Shown here piece by piece: positions 42,198-44,786 of a stretch of DNA of 44,786 nt. This DNA comes from a virus. The notes below the pieces were generated by a model that saw nothing but the letters and a program-made list of their open reading frames with translations, had not been told where the DNA came from and made no database searches. The DNA is taken from the IMG/VR virus record IMGVR_UViG_3300025528_000002, positions 1 to 44,786 of that record. One strand, given 5' to 3'. Each line of letters starts with the position of its first letter. Within the stretch, counting starts at the first letter, position 1. The translations under genes were made by a program, and so were the position numbers.

Positions 42198-42391
42198 ATC
42201 TCTAATTCCCCCAATTCGTCTACTTTGATTCCTAATGCGCGGGCCAATATAAACGCTTGCTTTAGATCTGGTTGTGTCTTGTTATTTACCCAACGGGAAA
42301 GAGTCTGATTAGAAACTCCGCATTTTTTGGCCAAATAACTATATTTAATTCCTTTTTGTTCGGCCCAATAAGCGATCTTATTTTGAAACAT
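42194..42391 (-). CDS. Small XRE-family HTH regulator
   Basis: 65 aa. KYSYLAKKCGVSNQTLSRWVNNKTQP. Confidence 0.8.
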   Translation of the reverse strand: MFQNKIAYWAEQKGIKYSYLAKKCGVSNQTLSRWVNNKTQPDLKQAFILARALGIKVDELGELEI

Positions 42392-42554
42392 ACGCCATCA
42401 CCCACTCCACTATTACCGATTCTATACATTTTCGTTAATTCCTTTTAATAAATTCGTGAAAAAAATTAAACAAAAATGTTTAAGGACATGCAAAAATCTG
42501 TTCATTCGCCCATACAATGTACTATTCAAAGACAAAAAGGGGAGAGTGGGCAGC

Positions 42555-42734
42555 ATGGATATTTTCACGTTCGGAATAGTCGCTACAGGGTTATTTGGTG
42601 GGGCGTTGGTTTTCGTGACTTTATTGGAAAATGCGGGTTTGGTCATCAACCATGCATTGCTCAGATTGGTGTTGGAGTTTGCCAAATACGGATCTATTCT
42701 TTACCTCCTTAAAGAACTAACTAAATTTTTGTGA
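42555..42734 (+). CDS. Small membrane protein (59 aa) upstream of the FtsK-like gene
   Basis: ATG after AAAGGGGAGAG. MDIFTFGIVATGLFGGALVFVTLL... The upstream part of the track ORF lacks an RBS. Confidence 0.4.
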   Translation: MDIFTFGIVATGLFGGALVFVTLLENAGLVINHALLRLVLEFAKYGSILYLLKELTKFL

Positions 42735-42808
42735 AATATTTATATTTGTTCCTCGGAAAGTGACATCGAAATAGCTTATCCAACGAGCAAGAAAACAAGA
42801 TAGGAAAT

Positions 42809-42846
42809 ATTCAGTGAAGGATTCATAGTGGGACACATTCAGTGAA
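42809..42846 (+). repeat. Two copies of ATTCAGTGAA (42809-42818 and 42837-42846) just upstream of the FtsK-like gene
   Basis: Exact 10-mers with starts 28 nt apart. Confidence 0.4.
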
Positions 42847-42861
42847 TGGGGGAAAGACACA

Positions 42862-43989
42862 GTGATTGAATGGATTTTACCAGTTATGGTAGTAGTAGCA
42901 GCGCTTGTTCCTGTGAAAAGCAAGAGTGACAAGCAGATCATACGAGAAGTATTTGAACGAACAAGTATCAGCATTAAAAAAGGGGAATCCGTTCTTAATC
43001 CTAAATTGGTGGACAGTAGAGAAGGAAAGTATGTTTATTCGCTCCCTATTGGGCTATCCAGCGAATTCATGGAAAATATCGAATTGGCTATGAAAGAAGC
43101 ATTAAATAAAGAAATAGAATGGGAGTTTAAAAACGGTTTTCTTCATCTCAACGTGTTTGACGACAAGCTGCCAAGCAAGTGGGATTTTACTACTGATCTA
43201 AAAACAGACACTTGGGAAGTCCCAGTGGGAAAAAATCATCATGGCGTACTTTACCATGACTTTGACAAATACCCTCATATGCTCGTTGGCGGAACAACTC
43301 GATTCGGGAAAACGGTCTTTCTAAAAGTGCTCCTGGCTTCACTTTTATTGAATAAAAAAGAACATGTCAGTTTTCACTTCCTGGATCTTAAAGGCGGACT
43401 GGAATTTAACCGATACCAACACCTTAACCAAGTAAAACCTGTGGCAAGTGACCTTCTGGAAGCGTGTAGGACACTTGATGGAATCGTCGAGGATCTGAAA
43501 GAGCGAGAGCAATTTTTCAAGGAAAAAGGGATCTCAAACATTGTCGATACCAACATCCAAAAACGAACTTTCATTATTGTGGATGAAGCTGCCGAATTAT
43601 CGCCAAAGCTAGTTTCCAAAGAACATAAGAAATATGCTGAATACTGTATGAATTGTCTTGGACAGATCGCAAGGATCGGCGGGGCCCTAGGTTATCGACT
43701 CATTTACGCTACTCAGTACCCGACCCGTGAGGCAGTCCCTGGGCAAATAAAGATGAACATGGTGGCGCGACTTGCCTTTAAAATGCCTGAAAGCATGGGG
43801 AGTCGTGTGATTTTAGATGAGACCGGAGCAGAAGAATTAGAAGCTATACCAGGGCGGGCCCTGTATAAGGTGGAGAATAAAAGAGAAGTCCAGGTCCCAT
43901 ATATTAGTGATAAAACATTGGAGGGGATAATAAATGGCCTTGGCAGTAAAGAAACAGGAACGGACAGAAATGTTATTAAAAACGATTGA
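42862..43989 (+). CDS. FtsK/SpoIIIE-family DNA translocase (conjugative-element type, N-terminal TM anchor)
   Basis: 375 aa. Walker A GGTTRFGKTV, Walker B FIIVDEAAEL, and an N-terminal hydrophobic helix. Confidence 0.85.
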   Translation: MIEWILPVMVVVAALVPVKSKSDKQIIREVFERTSISIKKGESVLNPKLVDSREGKYVYSLPIGLSSEFMENIELAMKEALNKEIEWEFKNGFLHLNVFDDKLPSKWDFTTDLKTDTWEVPVGKNHHGVLYHDFDKYPHMLVGGTTRFGKTVFLKVLLASLLLNKKEHVSFHFLDLKGGLEFNRYQHLNQVKPVASDLLEACRTLDGIVEDLKEREQFFKEKGISNIVDTNIQKRTFIIVDEAAELSPKLVSKEHKKYAEYCMNCLGQIARIGGALGYRLIYATQYPTREAVPGQIKMNMVARLAFKMPESMGSRVILDETGAEELEAIPGRALYKVENKREVQVPYISDKTLEGIINGLGSKETGTDRNVIKND

Positions 43990-44554
43990 TCAGCTTGGGG
44001 TCATGACAGTTCGTCAGTTGCAGCGGATCCACGATCTCGGCAGCTATCGAAATGCTTGTCGGATTGTATCTCAATTGGAGCCATATCTACACGTTGCGCG
44101 GGGAAGGGAAAAAGTTTTTTACCTTAATAAAGAGGGGAGGGAACTAATTGGCAGCGATAAAGAGGTCAAAAAATCTATGCAGATTGAACACAAGTTATTG
44201 TTGAACGAGGTATGCATTTATTTTGGATGCCCGTCCGATTGGCGGACTGAATACAGGATTGAACATGAAGAAGAGATCACGGATATTATTGTGAGGATTG
44301 GCAGTGGAAAAAGTGTGTTGAAGAAAAGAGTAGTGGCAGATGCTTATTTCGCGGGGAATTTTGTTGAGATAGACAACACTCGACACATGAAGGATAATTT
44401 GAAGAAGATCGCTAATTATAAAGAGATTTTCAAACTAAAAAAGATCAATCCAAAATTACACTTTTTCACGACGACGATTCATCGAAAACAAAAATTAGAA
44501 AAGTGGCTAAACGGATTGGATTATCAGTTGCTAACCTTTGATGAAATAAAATAA
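43934..44554 (+). CDS. Replication-relaxation family protein (winged-helix N-terminus)
   Basis: 206 aa. EMLLKTIDQLGVMTVRQLQRIHDLGSYRNACRIVSQLEPY...VFYLNKEGRELIG fits the Replic_Relax pattern. GGAGGGG RBS. 56-nt overlap with the FtsK-like gene. Confidence 0.65.
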   Translation: MALAVKKQERTEMLLKTIDQLGVMTVRQLQRIHDLGSYRNACRIVSQLEPYLHVARGREKVFYLNKEGRELIGSDKEVKKSMQIEHKLLLNEVCIYFGCPSDWRTEYRIEHEEEITDIIVRIGSGKSVLKKRVVADAYFAGNFVEIDNTRHMKDNLKKIANYKEIFKLKKINPKLHFFTTTIHRKQKLEKWLNGLDYQLLTFDEIK

Positions 44555-44575
44555 GACAAGGAAAAGAAAAAAAAG

Positions 44576-44597
44576 AGGTGGGGCAAGCCCACCTTTT
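44576..44597 (+). terminator. Intrinsic terminator after the replication-relaxation gene
   Basis: AGGTGGG-gcaag-CCCACCT followed by TTTT. Confidence 0.7.
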
Positions 44598-44628
44598 GGC
44601 CACAATGATGGCCACAAAATGGCCACAA
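44597..44628 (+). repeat. Three phased TGGCCACAA repeats (44597, 44609, 44620); candidate integrase arm-type sites
   Basis: Exact 9-mers spaced 12 and 11 nt apart. Same orientation and motif as at 159-177 across the junction. Confidence 0.5.
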
Positions 44629-44687
44629 AAATTATAAAAGTTTTGATCAGCTTTGAAAAGATGAAAAAACAAAATGTGATTAAATCA

Positions 44688-44786
44688 AGGTTTTTAGGCC
44701 ACTTTGATATATTTTAAATGCATCAGATATGTTTAGAACACAAGTTCATCCGTGGGAACGCGAACAATATATGCAAATGTATTAAT
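44688..44786 (+). repeat. Terminal direct repeat, copy 2 (identical to 1-99)
   Basis: Same 99-mer as the window start. The window ends exactly at the repeat end. Confidence 0.95.

Larger units (their letters stand above)
1..44786. mobile_element. Complete temperate tailed-phage genome (siphovirus-type); circular unit about 44,687 bp or prophage cut at its att repeats
   Basis: Full set of lysogeny, replication, packaging, head, tail and lysis modules in canonical order. The window ends are an exact 99-bp direct repeat. Confidence 0.9.

Noticed and set aside
1-44786. tRNA, tmRNA, rRNA, reverse transcriptase/DGR or retron, and CRISPR-Cas components
   Set aside because: Visual scanning of the intergenic regions found no cloverleaf-compatible sequence with a GTTCGAATC-type T-arm. 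No ORF has RT (YxDD) or Cas motifs. This was not an exhaustive computational search.

Overview
The window is one complete temperate siphovirus-type phage genome with a long non-contractile tail and an HK97-type head module. Host signals are low-GC Gram-positive and Bacillaceae-like: GGAGG ribosome-binding sites, frequent GTG/TTG starts, Cheo-type LexA boxes, YolD, and an ImmA/XRE switch. Bases 1-99 match 44688-44786 exactly by my manual alignment. The sequence is therefore either a closed circle written with a 99-nt overlap (unit length 44,687 bp) or an element cut exactly at 99-bp attL/attR repeats.

Gene order:
- Leftward lysogeny operon, 189-2312 (tyrosine integrase, ImmA-type metallopeptidase, XRE repressor).
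- Rightward early and replication genes, 2535-18033 (Cro-like protein, micro-ORFs, DUF2800 nuclease, DUF2815 SSB-like protein, family-A DNA polymerase, beta-clamp-like protein, sigma-factor fusion, homing HNH, MazG-like protein, primase-polymerase/VirE helicase, VRR-NUC, SNF2, putative late regulator).
- A run of terminator-bounded morons plus a non-coding island, 18.1-20.4 kb.
- Packaging, 20413-23161 (HNH, putative cos, TerS, TerL).
- Head, 23174-27136 (portal, ClpP-like protease, capsid, connectors).
- Tail, 27137-38776 (major tail protein, G/G-T chaperone with an A_AAA_AAC slip site, 1610-aa tape measure, 1080-aa DNRLRE/FN3 tail protein).
- Lysis, 38792-40056 (holin, GH25 endolysin).
- A 4.4-kb accessory arm, 40.1-44.55 kb.

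The accessory arm is the most interesting part. It holds four units:
1. A consensus promoter clamped by a 9-bp inverted repeat. It drives a 47-aa polybasic peptide and an HTH gene, and faces a strong convergent antisense promoter. The layout resembles either a type I toxin-antitoxin or an acr-aca operon.
2. A WYL plus YolD-like operon with two LexA boxes over its promoter and no polymerase partner.
3. A leftward XRE plus membrane-anchored protein pair.
4. An FtsK/SpoIIIE translocase plus a replication-relaxation protein, a conjugation-like module inside a phage.

Other notable signals are a GTATAC iteron-like array (15422-15580), direct 19-mer operators with one copy inside the cro-like gene, phased TGGCCACA repeats flanking the junction, and a moron whose ribosome-binding site is buried in a 14-bp hairpin.

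All calls come from reading the sequence and ORF translations. No database search was run, and hand-counted motif coordinates may be off by 1-2 nt.
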